Shown: positions 38,301-50,072 of the stretch, in pieces
How the letters are laid out: each line of letters starts with the position of its first letter
Numbering within the stretch: position 1 is the first letter of the stretch
Source of the DNA: Phoronis australis
Taxonomy: Eukaryota > Animalia > Phoronida
Length of the DNA: 55,097 nucleotides
Reading direction: 5' to 3'
Assembly: GCA_002633005.1 (NCBI GenBank)
Contig: NMRA01000545.1
Coordinates: 36,654-91,750 of the forward strand
The notes under the pieces: generated by a model
The model's input: only the letters and a program-made list of their open reading frames with translations
Told to the model about the DNA's origin: nothing
Databases searched by the model: none
Program-made: the position numbers and the translations under genes

Positions 38301-38533
38301 ATTCAAAACAGTCAATATCAAAGGTCAAGGACGATGGGATACACTTTTGTTGAAGTAAGGAAGCGGGGGAAAATGAAAGCGTGTGTACGGTCCTGAATCA
38401 ACGTTCACACCTTACGTCACAGCAATGCATAATATGGCAAAAGCAGTGCAAGACAGAGTGTCACAGGGTAACAGACTGTGTGTTGAGTTTTCATTAGAAT
38501 TGGTTTGATTTCCATTTTGCAGGAAACTGAACA

Positions 38534-38577
38534 ATGATGATGGTTTCTCAACCGATCACTCACTCATTCACTGCCAG
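38534..38577 (+). CDS. WDR24: WDR24 putative first coding exon (acceptor at 38523)
   Basis: TTTTGCAG|GAAACTGAACA ATG: MMMVSQPITHSFTA, ends AG|GTAGAC; in frame with the conserved exons only through the 26-nt exon at 40255-40280. Confidence 0.55.
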
Positions 38578-38656
38578 GTAGACAGTCCACAGGCACTGAC
38601 TCTAGCTGCCCCCAGTACAAACTATGAAGCTCTTATAGGACCTCAAAACTGTTCGA

Positions 38657-39005
38657 CGAATTATGCCTCACACTGATTAAAATATCAAAGTCATAGATGT
38701 AAGTACCTTTTGCGTATAGAAGAACAACTTAAGTCTTTATTCTTTAATTCCTTCCAACTTGAGGCTGTAATCAAACTTTTTTCGAACACTCCTTAGTTCA
38801 GTTGACCAAATTGGCAACTGGTCATTTTTGCACTGTGCGTGCTATTTTTACTGGCCACTTGCTGGGCCACTCAAAGAATTGACTGTTCAAAAAAAGTTTG
38901 ATTATGGAATTAAAAGATATCGATAGCCTCCTGATGTGACTAATGCACAAAAGGTTCTAAACACAATGGTACTTTGATGTTTTAATCAGTATGAGGCATA
39001 ATTCG
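38657..39005. mobile_element. Foldback/MITE-like inverted repeat in a WDR24 intron
   Basis: CGAATTATGCCTCACACTGATTAAAATATCAAAGT mirrored by ACTTTGATGTTTTAATCAGTATGAGGCATAATTCG; inner pair TAATCAAACTTTTTT / AAAAAAGTTTGATTA. Confidence 0.65.
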
Positions 39006-40254
39006 CCCAAAAGCTTCTGGTGCACTAGTATGTAGCTCTTATAGTCTTATAGGAGCCATCTTTATACTGGCCAGTTAGAGACGGTGGTCACTTTCTATCA
39101 CTCGGGTAGACATCTCTGAGGACTGCTTGCCTAATCTATGATAGGCCTATAGTAGTTGTGTATAGTGTAGGCCTACTTGAAAAAACAAAAGTCGCATTCT
39201 AGGCCATTTACTGTCTGTAAATTTGGTCTCGTTGCGCTGTATATCTTGCTTTGGTAGAATTCTATTACCAAAAACTCAAGTAAACATTTCAGAGCTTTAT
39301 GAGGTTGGTCAATCCTAGAATTGGCTCATGTATGCATTTCATTGATTTAAGTGGGTTGGTAATGCAAATGGGATCCCATAATTATAGGTGATATTACGTG
39401 ACTGATTTTATGAGCATGAAAAGTCAACCCCGATGACTAAACAGGGCAAACTGTAGCTTTAAATTGACCAGTGTAATTAAAAACAATTAGCTTAATACAA
39501 AAGTTTCATAATTTTGATGTCAAAAACTTTACAAAATATTTATTGCTATCGATTAGTATGTAATCATCATAAGTTCCAACAGGTGCCGCCACTACATTTG
39601 CAACATACCTGCAATACTTAGCTTAAAGTCTTATTATCAAGCAGTTTATAAAATTCCATCTAAATTATCTGAAAGTGATGAGAACCATGCAGTTACTTGT
39701 ACTGTAGAATTACACTCATTGTTCAGTGGATGTCTTGTCTTTTGGGGAAGTTAGGTTACTAAACTTTGTGATCTCGGCCACCAGTCCATTTGGTGGTGCT
39801 CCGGGCATCACAATACGTAATAAACCCACACGATCGCCACAATTTTTTAAGACCCCCCTCCCTCCATGGTAACGATGTGGGCCTCTACAGTAAGTGCCAA
39901 AGAAAATCAGTCACTTTTCTATTTCCTTGTTATGAGAATCCGTTTTATCTGGTTATAATTCCCATTTTATCGCAGATGAAAATGGCACATCGTGACACGT
40001 CATACTGGCTGTAATCTCTTCTTACAGCACTATGGTCCAAATATATGTGAAGCTTATTAAACTTACTCCAATGTACATCAGCATCTGATGCTGATATACA
40101 TTGGAGTTAGTTTAATAGATCTCAGAGTGGCTCCTTGTGCACTAGATCTACAGTACAACACACATTTTGGGCTGGGAAGGGGTGACTAGTCTGTCTGCAT
40201 AGTGTCTTATAATTTTGTGGACCCTTGTAAATCTTGGATGTCGTTCACACACAG

Positions 40255-40280
40255 TAAGCCTTTTGAAGTTGACACACAAG
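40255..40280 (+). CDS. WDR24: WDR24 putative 26-nt microexon
   Basis: CACAG|TAAGCCTTTTGAAGTTGACACACAAG|GTAAGT encodes (S)KPFEVDTQ(G); strong donor; converts phase 2 to phase 1 as required. Confidence 0.55.
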
Positions 40281-40804
40281 GTAAGTGAAAGTAAATCTTT
40301 GTGAACCCTGCTTTTCATCATACAAGTGTCCTAGTTGGACTGTGGCTACGCAACTTTACAAAGGGTTTGATGGTCCTGCCTGAATTGAGTGATTTATTAC
40401 CTTCTTTAGATTCTGAATAGCCACGAGCAGAATGAAAAGTAATCGAACAAAATAGTGTTTTCTTGTCATGACGGCTAATTCTGTTAACCAGAAAATGGCT
40501 GATAATAAGTGCTAGGGTGGCAAAATTCCAAAATGACTTCTCACTTTACTTACTTTTCTGTTAATCCCTTTTCATTCTCAGTCATGAGTGAAGACTACTC
40601 TGACTTTGAATTTTAGGCTTCCACCCAGCCGTCATATCACAGAATTCCAGGTCATTTTGTCTGAATACTTCAGCTTTGTGTTGTACATAACAGTGTAGGC
40701 CTACTAGGTGATACCCTATATTTAGTCCACACCCTGACCTATCCATTAATAGAGCCTATTGAGTACTATGCCATCAGCTCCAAGATATTGCCATTTTGTT
40801 ACAG

Positions 40805-40909
40805 GGGGATACTCGTCAGGGTTCACCATGGTCTATCCTGTTGATGCAGCTATCAATGCCATCAGCTCCAATGGCAACGGTTCACAGGTGGTTGTTGCTG
40901 GACGAAATG
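40805..40909 (+). CDS. WDR24: WDR24 (GATOR2 subunit) exon
   Basis: TTACAG| GYSSGFTMVYPVDAAINAISSNGNGSQVVVAGRN |GTATGT; matches WDR24 TM....DA..NAIS......QVVVAGR. Confidence 0.9.
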
Positions 40910-40934
40910 GTATGTTTAAAACTTAAACTTACTT

Positions 40935-42560
40935 TAAACAGATGATGTTTCTCTGCTCCCCCATCAATCTCAGCAAGATGATGTCTTCACAGCATGTTTC
41001 GTCCTTGAACTTGAACACGCTCCAACGCCAGGCCCCCGAAATTGATCAGGCTCCGGTTTGACGGGGATTCTGCCACTGTTTGGTCTTCTGTAACCACAAC
41101 CATGACGATGCTGATTCCGCTGCAGCTGCCACCGACTTCATCATAGACTTCCTTGACTTAGTTGAAATTCCCAGCATCCTAGACATGCTCCACATGCTTA
41201 ATGCCACAAAACCTTTAGCTCCTACCTCAACTGGTATAGAGAAGCACGTCCATCCATTTCTCGAGCACTCATGGCTCAGCTCGCTGTACTACAATGCTTT
41301 CCTCTCCTGGGCTTCCTGTATCCTGGTTTCCCATGGCACCGTTCACTCCACCCAGACCACCACCTTCGCCGTATCTGACCACAAAATAATGTCTGGTCTC
41401 AAAGACGTCGAATCTATGTGGGAAGGGAATCTGCTTTGTTTCCCCAGATCTGCCTCCATGCACCAATCATTAGACATTAGATAGGATTCCTCCTGTGTTG
41501 CTAATACCCCTCTTGCAGCTAGCCGTCGTAAAATCGATAAACTTTTTCACAACCTTCCTCTTGGTTCTCCTCTCTATGTCTAGTGTGTGGGCAATTTCCT
41601 TAAGGACCTTGTTGTGACGCCAAGTGTACTTCCCCTCTGCCAGGGCCACCCTGCAACTGGACAGGACATGTTGTAGGGACTCTACTTCATCTTCACAGCG
41701 GTTACATCTGTCGTCATTTTCCTTCTCCCATAACTTCAGGTTACTTCCCGTTGGTAAGGTGTCGTACACCACGCGTAACAAAACCCTCAGCCTGTGCTGC
41801 TCCATGTGGAGAAGGTCCGCTGCTGTTATTCTCATTCCTAGCACTCCTTCCCAAGTGGTTCTTTTGCCCTGTCTCTTCATGCCTACTGCATGAGCGACAC
41901 ACTTCTCTTCTTCCTCTTCACGAATCTCCGTGAGTACCATATCTCTCCTCTCCTTCCCCTTTGTTGCCTTCCACCTAGATTATGGTTTAAAGCCCAAACC
42001 CTGTTGATCACAACAGACTGTAGCAACTATGTCCTTATGCCAGAGGTGGCTCTCTGCTCTGTTCACAGCCACTTGGGGGTCCCACATTCTGCCTGCTGAC
42101 ACCTTAATCTCTGATAAGCTGACAAATCTGTCTCTGGAATCTCGGATTGTAAGAACTTCCCTTGCTTTTGACACCATAAAGTCCTCAACCAGAGACCTTA
42201 TTGGAAGTGATACTGCTGCTGTCCTACTATATAATCCCACTGACGTGAAGCTCATTTCCTGATAGATGCTGGTTTGCCTCCCGCTCCATAGACTCGACTG
42301 TTGAGATCGGGTTGCTGTAAACCGATAGTGGCTACAATATCTAGGGCAGTAAAACGAATTGATAACACCAGAGCTTGAACATGCCCGGCAAAGTGCACCC
42401 GTTGATCTTCTTCAAACTCTCCCTGAACGGGGCCACTGTGTCCCTTGCGTTTGTGATGTCACTTAAACTGCTGTCGTACACCTTGCCTAGATATTTCACG
42501 GACCTCTCACCCAAGGATGGAATCTCCTTCTCATTCTCCCTTTCATCAATGCACCTGGGT
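40935..42560 (-). mobile_element. 5'-truncated HERO-clade (R2-group, RLE endonuclease) non-LTR retrotransposon, degraded
   Basis: Thumb-region IPSLGERSVKYLGKVYDSSL..LPGMFKLWCYQ; VYDTLPTGSNLKLW; CCHC knuckle CNRC..SLQHVLSSC; YTWRHNKVL; RLE motifs RPDIILWSD..VELTVPWE..QERK and PVEVGAKGF. Antisense within a WDR24 intron. Confidence 0.88.
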
Positions 42561-44506
42561 AATGCTTGTTGTTTTTGTCATACACCTATTCGCTATTTGC
42601 TTTAAGTGCTAGAATATTTTTTCAGTTATTTTCAGCCATTGTGGAATTTGTTTAAAAGAAACACTATTCTCGTATTGAACAAAATTATGTTTTTAATTCG
42701 TACCCATGACGTTTCTTTAAATGTATTATTTATGTGCCATGTACGTGATAGGATTGTGTTCAGCATGTTTTGACAACTTTGTCATTTTTCTGTTATCCAT
42801 TTTTTTATTTGTGTTAAAGGGCCTTGAGAAAGGTATCCTAATTAATTTAATTTGCAACTTATTAAGCATTGTATTATATCTCAATATAAATCAGTGTTTG
42901 TCTTTCTCTCTGTGTCCTTCCCTCTCATCGTCTCCCCCTCTTTCTCTCTCCAGTTGATTTCAATTGACGGCATAAGTTTTTGTAAGTGAGTTTCAGATCT
43001 TCTGTTTTTCAGTGCTTTTAGCACACTTTGAAGTTGAACATGGATGCCTGGTTGATGTGAGCCCCGATTCTCATGAAATATTGGCATTATCTATGACCTT
43101 GGAACATCGGAGACTCAGTCTTCAAAAGTTAATACTTGAAATGTTGTATTGTGGTTATATAGTAGCCTAGAAAATGGCCAAATCATATCTATGAAATCAG
43201 TGGTCAGATTCATGTGAAACCTTTATTGTTGTCCAAAACGCTGTTAGAAATTGTTTCTAAAATACTATAAGTGGCAATCAAAAAATTGAACTTAAATGAT
43301 TTTCTTGTAAAAATTAAAAGTTGTATAAAATGAAAACGAAATGATAATTTAAAAAACTGAAACATATATTTTGAGATTTCATCTCGAACATATATATTAA
43401 GTGAAATTTGGTGATGTTATCGATGTACAGCACTGCTATCACTGTACCTTCCCTTTTAGGTAAGTTTTGCTAAAAAGATAATTATGTCTAGGTCGTCCAA
43501 GTTTTGTCTGATTGATAAAAAATCAATAACCAAACTGCACAGGCTTTCTACCTTCAGAAAAGGTATTTTAGTGAGTATTATTTAAATGATTGTATAGTTT
43601 TGGGTTTATTTGTCTTAATACACAGACTTGTCAATAGGGTCCTGCATAATCATAAGATGAGACATGGTACCTGATAATTGTTTGACAATAAAAAAATGTA
43701 ATGCATGATTTCCTGCTTATTGACAGTAAACTAGATTTATGGTGGTCAAACATGAGGCCACCTGAAGTGTATTTTTTAAAAATTCATGTTTTAAGCAGAA
43801 AGTGGAATTTTGCTAAAATGACGATCACGTCATAATTGACGATTGTATGACGTTTCAAGGCATAAATAAGCATTTATTTTCAATCAATAATTCAGAAAAC
43901 ACGTAATATTATGGGTTGAAATTCAATGTCAGTAAAAAAGTTGTATTTGATGAAACGTGACTTCACGAAAGTGGGCAATGTTTATTATTCAAAGGTCTTG
44001 ACATGTAAGGCTTCATTCATGCGGGAAAGTTCATAATCATTAAGAAATTAAATCTGTTCAGCTATACTTTGGTATTTAATAAAATCCTTAATCCCTCAGG
44101 AGCATCCTGCTCCCTTCCTGAGGAATGTAGGAACCATTGGAGTAGTGGGACGGGTGGAGATCCCTGTTGTCCACAAGGTTATTTTCATTAAGGTGTTTGA
44201 TTCGCCACTCAGTAGACATGGAGGTAGCAGGTTTGCTCCGTCTCCTGCATGGACCACTACTATTGATTGTAACTCGTCAGGGCAAAGCGGCAAGCACTAT
44301 TTGTCCCACCATTCAAACCGTTCATCCAATCCTGAATAAGGGAATGACTGTCTCCCAAGGGCTTAAAGATTTTTAGTAAGAAGCATAGTCCAGTTGAACA
44401 GCTGCTTTAATTTCTGTTTAAGTACCCAAATAACTATTACATTTATTTATTGCCTTTTGATCTGATTGTATTGTGTAAAGATTGAGTGAATTCTTTGTCA
44501 TTTCAG

Positions 44507-44623
44507 TTTTCAAAATCTATATCCTGGATGAGGATAAGTTTGTAGAGAGACAGAACTTGAGAGTAGGCAGAAACCTCAACCTCAACTATAGTATACTGGA
44601 TGTAGCCTGGAACCCAGTAAACG
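44507..44623 (+). CDS. WDR24: WDR24 exon
   Basis: TTTCAG| (V)FKIYILDEDKFVERQNLRVGRNLNLNYSILDVAWNPVN |GT; WDR24 FKIY....F.E..NLRVG motif. Confidence 0.93.
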
Positions 44624-45000
44624 GTTTGTAGTCATTGACGTTCTGCCAGCCTTGACTTTTGATTGGATGAACAATACACTGTGGTGATGGGTTTTTCAAA
44701 TTTGGTCAAATGTGTTTCAGAAGTAGTTGTATGTTTATCTTTGACCTATTTTTGCTGTGTTGCTTAAAGCAAACCCATACCTTCTATTTTAAGAAGAATG
44801 GAAATTAGTTTTGAGGCTAAGGATGTTGCAGCCCAAACCAATGCCTGCACCATGCTGATCTGGCACGCTTCAGTTTTGCATGGGTTGGGGAATCAAACTG
44901 AAGCTATCATAAATTCCCGAATTAATGCTAGTGATTTATGATTTTTAATTGCTATCAGTACCAAAATTGACGACAACGAGTGCAGTCGCCACTTACAGAC

Positions 45001-45260
45001 TGAGGTATATTGTCTAGCACTAGCCAATCACAGAGGTAGATTGTCTAGCACTAGCCAATTGCAGAGGTAGATTGTCTAGCACTAGCCAATTACAGAGGTA
45101 GATTGTCGGCACTAGCCAATCGCAGACTGATGTAGATTTCTATCAGTAGCCAATTACAGAGGTAGATTGTCTAGCACTAGCCAATTACAGAGGTAGATTG
45201 TCTAGCATTAGCCCATTACAGACTGAGGTAGATTGTCTAGCACTAGACAATTACAGAGGT
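45001..45260. repeat. 31-bp minisatellite (GAGGTAGATTGTCTAGCACTAGCCAATTACA)n, ~8 copies
   Basis: Head-to-tail copies with occasional GACT insertions; no unique spacers. Confidence 0.9.
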
Positions 45261-46115
45261 CCTAGATTTTTGAACTGTGGTGCAGTATTCAGTAGTGAAA
45301 CTGGTGCTGAATATCGAGGATCCCTGTAAAAGACTGTTGCCAAAAGTTGATACGAGTTTCTCAGAATTGGCACTAAAGTTAACTAGATCATTGCATCTCA
45401 TTTGTTGCAAGTTATTGTGTAACAACCACTACCCAGACACTGTATGTTCTTTCTCTGTGCCATGGCAATATGCTGAGTTTTAAAGCTGTTTTGTATCAAC
45501 TTTTGGCCAACAATAAATTTGGATTTAAACCATTGCCTTTAGTTATGAAATTGATTTCAAATTCTTCATTACTCAGATTAAAAGTAATTTTGGTCTTTTT
45601 AAAACCACCTCATTTTTTGTTATGGTTCAACGTCAGGTGTAACTCTTCGCTTTGACTGCCTTGTCATTTTAGACACAGGCACAATATGGCGAAGAATGAC
45701 CTGGCTTGGTGTGAGTGAGTGCAACATGCCACTAGGAAATTTTAAAATAATGTAATTGATGTCAAGATGTGGAAAAATGTTAGTCTTAGAATCACTCCTG
45801 ACATTACTTTTAGACCCTTAACGGACTCACTGTAAATTTAAGTCGAGCAGAGCTTGGAAATGTCCACGTGAGGGTCAAGGGTTTTCTTTCTCTTTTGTTT
45901 TGTTGAAATGAATTATTGAAAAAGTTAGGTGATATATTAGGAGTGTAAATTTTTATTTGATGATGTTATTCATAGTAGATTCAATTTTGAAATATGCATT
46001 GTCTTACTAGTCCTTCACTGTGTGATGTAACTTCCGAGTCGTCTTGCATTGTAATGTTTTTGTCATGTGATGCACTCTGGAGTTACCTTGTAAAGTAATG
46101 TTCTTTCCATTGCAG

Positions 46116-46300
46116 ATAACATTCTTGCCTCTGGAGCCACTAACGGTGCAATCGTCACGTGGAATTTGGCCAAAGCATCCAAGTCGAAACAAGACCAGGT
46201 CTTCACAGAACATAAGCGGACTGTAAACAGGGTGTGTTTCAGCCCACAGGATAACGACTGCCTGCTTAGTGGATCACAAGATGGACAAATGAAGCTTTTC
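46116..46300 (+). CDS. WDR24: WDR24 exon (gene continues beyond the window)
   Basis: TTGCAG| (D)[43 protein letters not shown]...[13 protein letters not shown] |GTGAGT. The next expected exon (starting DLR) was not found before 55097. Confidence 0.95.
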
Positions 46301-46401
46301 GTGAGTTGATTCCTACGTTTTATTGTAGGCAATTCTTCCTGTTACATGCCCTCAGTTGTCCATGTCTCATTTGATGATAGTCTCTTTCAGAAATCCCAGA
46401 T

Positions 46402-46480
46402 GATGCAGTGTGGCCTTGTGGGATAGGGGCTGGCTTTCTTTACTCAAGCTTCTGGGTTCGAATCTCACTGGGTCACACTA
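46402..46480 (+). mobile_element. tRNA-derived SINE head remnant
   Basis: A-box-like TGGCCTTGTGG (46411-46421) and B-box GGGTTCGAATC (46454-46464) at Pol III spacing; no intact cloverleaf. Confidence 0.45.
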
Positions 46481-48985
46481 CTGAACCCTCGAGTCACAGG
46501 TTTCTTGCTCCTCAGCTTGGTTTTAACCATATATTAATAAAGCATAAAAATGGTTTTAAGCGGTCGGAGCAATGGGCCCACATGCACGGCCTGCGCACGT
46601 CAGGTACAACGTGTATCAGACCGCCTGCAATTATTTTTTTATATACAGGTGTCCCGCATTTTGAGAACTCTACTGAATGACAAACATCAAACTGGTTGGC
46701 AAAATCTGTGGCCCCTGCTGTTGCCTCCCAGTTGGTAATATTAAATATGCATTCCAGCTGAGATTTGAACGACACAGACCACTATGGAGTAATCTTCTGT
46801 TGTGACAGCTTCTTTTGTTTGGGACTGGTCAACATAGTCTGATTGGTAATGATAGCACTACCTTCATTCGTGACTGTGTCAGCATACAGTGGGTTGATGT
46901 TCACATACCATTGATATAGAGATGGATTTGGTGTTATGTGACTGTGTATGGGTGAAGCAGGGCGGCCATTTTGTTGTGTGGATTTGAATGTTAATGGACC
47001 ATGCAAGTCAGTGAGCAAAAAGACTCAAACTTTGAAACCATTGGGTCAGTTTTTATGAAGTGGGTACCATGTTACTGTAAAAAAGTTTCACCTCATCAAA
47101 AATGCACTTTACTTTATAATCATGGTTAAAGTCAATTTTTTTTACTAAAAATGCATATCTCGCAAAAAAATAAAGGCAAGTAAATACTAAATTGTGCCTA
47201 GAAATTTATTCTCCTTTCAGAAAGCATAAACTTTGTAGGGGTTAGAGCTAACAGAATTTAAGATATTTGCACATATGTACAACCTGGTGAACAAGGTTCA
47301 CAGTTTCCTTAAAAGTTTTTCTTTTCAGTATAGCCAGCTATGAAAACAACAGTGGCTTACTTTGGAGGTTATAAGTCATATTGTAGTCCACAGAATCAAC
47401 TTCATGTTCAGTTAGTAAAGTGTGGTCCACACACAGACTTACCCTATAACAACTTGCACTAGAGCAACTAGTCCCACTTTACGTGGAGGGTCCACACACA
47501 TATCCAATAACTAGTACATTAGGCGCAAGTTGCCGCTGAAAATGAACAGCTGATGCAAATACAACTCTCAAAAGAAGGCCCATCTGTACGTAACCACAGC
47601 TGATAATTACTGCCGCTTAGTTGCCCCAGGTTTGCTGCCACACCCTACCTCGACAAGATGGAGTAAGTTGTTGCAAGTGGGGTAAATTGCACTAGTTTAA
47701 CTAAGGGTACAGGCATTGTTATAACAGCACTGTCTTGTTAAAGTCGAGGAACCACAAAATCTAAGGATTAAGCTACACTTGTTTTTTGTGCCACATCATC
47801 TATTTCTTTTAATTCTAAGAACCTGTTTCTTTAAAGAATAACGGGCATGGAACTGGTTCACAAAATCTGGGACCCCTATATTGAGTAACCATTGCTATAT
47901 TCTGACGCTCTAGACAGTATGCTTTTTCACTTAGTATGATACTCGAATGACTGAACCAAAGAGACACCGGTACTTTTCATTTGATAGAGCAAGTTTTTGT
48001 GTTAACAATGCTTAAACTGGTAAATCAAATTGCTACTTTCAATCCCTTCAAGCATTAAAAGCTTGCCTATAGTAAAAGTAGTGTACAGTTCCAAAACTAT
48101 AAAGCAGCACTTTTTGTGAATATATGACCCTAGTACCAACCATAACCTGAAGGTAATACCTGGTAGCAGACCCTACTTCAATTATGTCTCATTGAGCACC
48201 AAACTATTTTTCACGCTCTTGAGTTTCAGCAATAACTTCTCATATTGCTATATCACACGTCTAATCCCGACGTCTAATTCTCCTTAGATGACCAAGGAAG
48301 GTCGAAGTACAGAGAATAAATGCCGGCAATCGTTTTTAAAAAGTTGACTCCTTTTGGTGTTATGAGTATTGGACGTCTCCTGTTTGTATTAGACAGTGGA
48401 ATTTGACGAGTGGTTGTTGGTGAAACTTAAAAGTGTGGGAAATAGTTTGGCGTTCAATGAGAAGGTAACTCCTGAATAACTTTGCTTGTCCTTGTTGATG
48501 CATGGTTGTACTTTGCACGCTTCTACATTGCTAATATCTCGTACACCAGTTTTGAATCATTTCTCACGAATCATTTATGGCGAAGGACTTCGCCCGCCAT
48601 GTGTGGCAATTTTAAATGTACACTTCAATGTATCTTGCATGCTTAAAACAAAATACTTATCTTGATATTATTTGCCGTGATAAAACGATCTTAGAAACCA
48701 TCAGTGACTAAATAAACACTTCAGGGTTTTACAGGGCTAGCCAACATTAAAATAGCAAAGAACAAAATTCTGCCTTATTCGGTTATAATTCTGGCAAGAT
48801 CGGATAACTGCGATGTTTTCAAACTCCATAGTGATTTGGTTATGGGGCAAACATTGACAGCTAAACAGGATCTACATTGAAGTTTTTTTTTATTCTAAGC
48901 ATAAAATATAGCTACAATCCATCCACTTTAGTCACATTTCCATTCTGCCCTGTCTCAACCATTTTCAATTTGTGACCTTATGACC

Positions 48986-49222
48986 TCATACAGAAATTAG
49001 GGCACCCACTAAGAGAAGTGCAGATGTCAACCAGAACTTGGCAAAGTTTAAATGGCTGCCACCAGAGGGCCTGTCAATGTTGCAGTTGTCACTGTAACAA
49101 CATGATTTGAAAATGGTGGTAGCTCCCAGCTTCATCTTACTGCATGAGTCACCTCTTGGCATACAAGCACGTACCACTTGGCCATCCTCCCATGGCCTAT
49201 TGTCGTTACGGATTAGATAAGT
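48986..49222 (-). CDS. Ly6/uPAR (three-finger) GPI-type protein, last coding exon
   Basis: TTCCAG| TYLIRNDNRPWEDGQVVRACMPRGDSC...KSCCYSDNCN followed by a hydrophobic tail FAKFWLTSALLLVGALISV*; CCxxxxCN is the LU-domain signature. Confidence 0.85.
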   Translation of the reverse strand, partial: TYLIRNDNRPWEDGQVVRACMPRGDSCSKMKLGATTIFKSCCYSDNCNIDRPSGGSHLNFAKFWLTSALLLVGALISV

Positions 49223-49474
49223 CTGGAATTATAGTAGCATTCGTTTGATCACCAGGTGGTATAGGATAAAATCTTTGCAATTTTGGGCAACATAATAACA
49301 AATAAAAGAGCACTTTTAGGCACCCACATATTAACATGTGGGTGCATAATACTGTCTGCTCGTCTGCTGCTGTTCCTACATTTGGATGGTTGTGAGATTT
49401 TGCAGACATGCCCTTATGGACGATACTGCTAGAGGGGGCATTTTTTGGTTTATCAAACCACTAACCGAATGATG

Positions 49475-50072
49475 CCGGAATTTTCCTTAGATAAGCCCAT
49501 GGACCTTTTTTCGGAAAATGAAAATTTTCGAGTGTTTCAGTAACACCAAATAAATGTCTGGACTTTTATTTAGAAAGGGGGAAGGCATGTAAACGGAAAG
49601 TCATAGCCTCGGCATGCGTGCACCCGTCCTAAAAATGGGGGGATGGAATATTTGAAAACATGGACCTTATACTAAGATTCAGAGATACGTTCAGAGCTAT
49701 GGATTGTGAACTCGTTCGAGGCCACTGAGTCCCTTCTGGGGGCAAGCATGCTCGGCTGAGATAAAAATATCCTTCATTTTTTTATCTAAAACTAAGTTAC
49801 TGTGCTTTTTAATTTTGAGTTGATAAATACATAGTTTGTCAGCACTGTTTTTATAAATGACGAATGCTCCACAAAACTGAATTTGTGGCTAAAAGTTGAT
49901 ACTGAGTGGGCTTTCAAGAGGAAATTTTCTGAATAAACGCCTCACTATCTGGACACTTGACACCAGAAGTCGTAACACCAAATAAATGCCCATGGGCACT
50001 TATTCGGCATAATTTTCCAACTAAATGCCCATGGGATTTTCATGGGGTGAGCTTATCTACGAAAAATCCTGG
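49475..50072. mobile_element. pogo/Tc1-type MITE in the Ly6 intron
   Basis: TG|CCGGAATTTTCCTTAGATAAGC ... GCTTATCTACGAAAAATCCTGG|TA; repeated (AAT)GCCCATGG subterminal motifs; internal duplicate GTAACACCAAATAAATG. Confidence 0.65.

Noticed and set aside
44088-44366. Possible piggyBac-like element bounded by TTAA
   Set aside because: Terminal inverted match is only ~4-5 bp and imperfect; insufficient support.
45001-45260. 31-bp repeats resembling a CRISPR array
   Set aside because: Units are contiguous with no unique spacers, there are no cas genes, and it lies in a eukaryotic intron; it is a minisatellite.
46402-46480. tRNA gene
   Set aside because: A and B boxes are present but acceptor and anticodon stems do not pair; treated as a SINE head.
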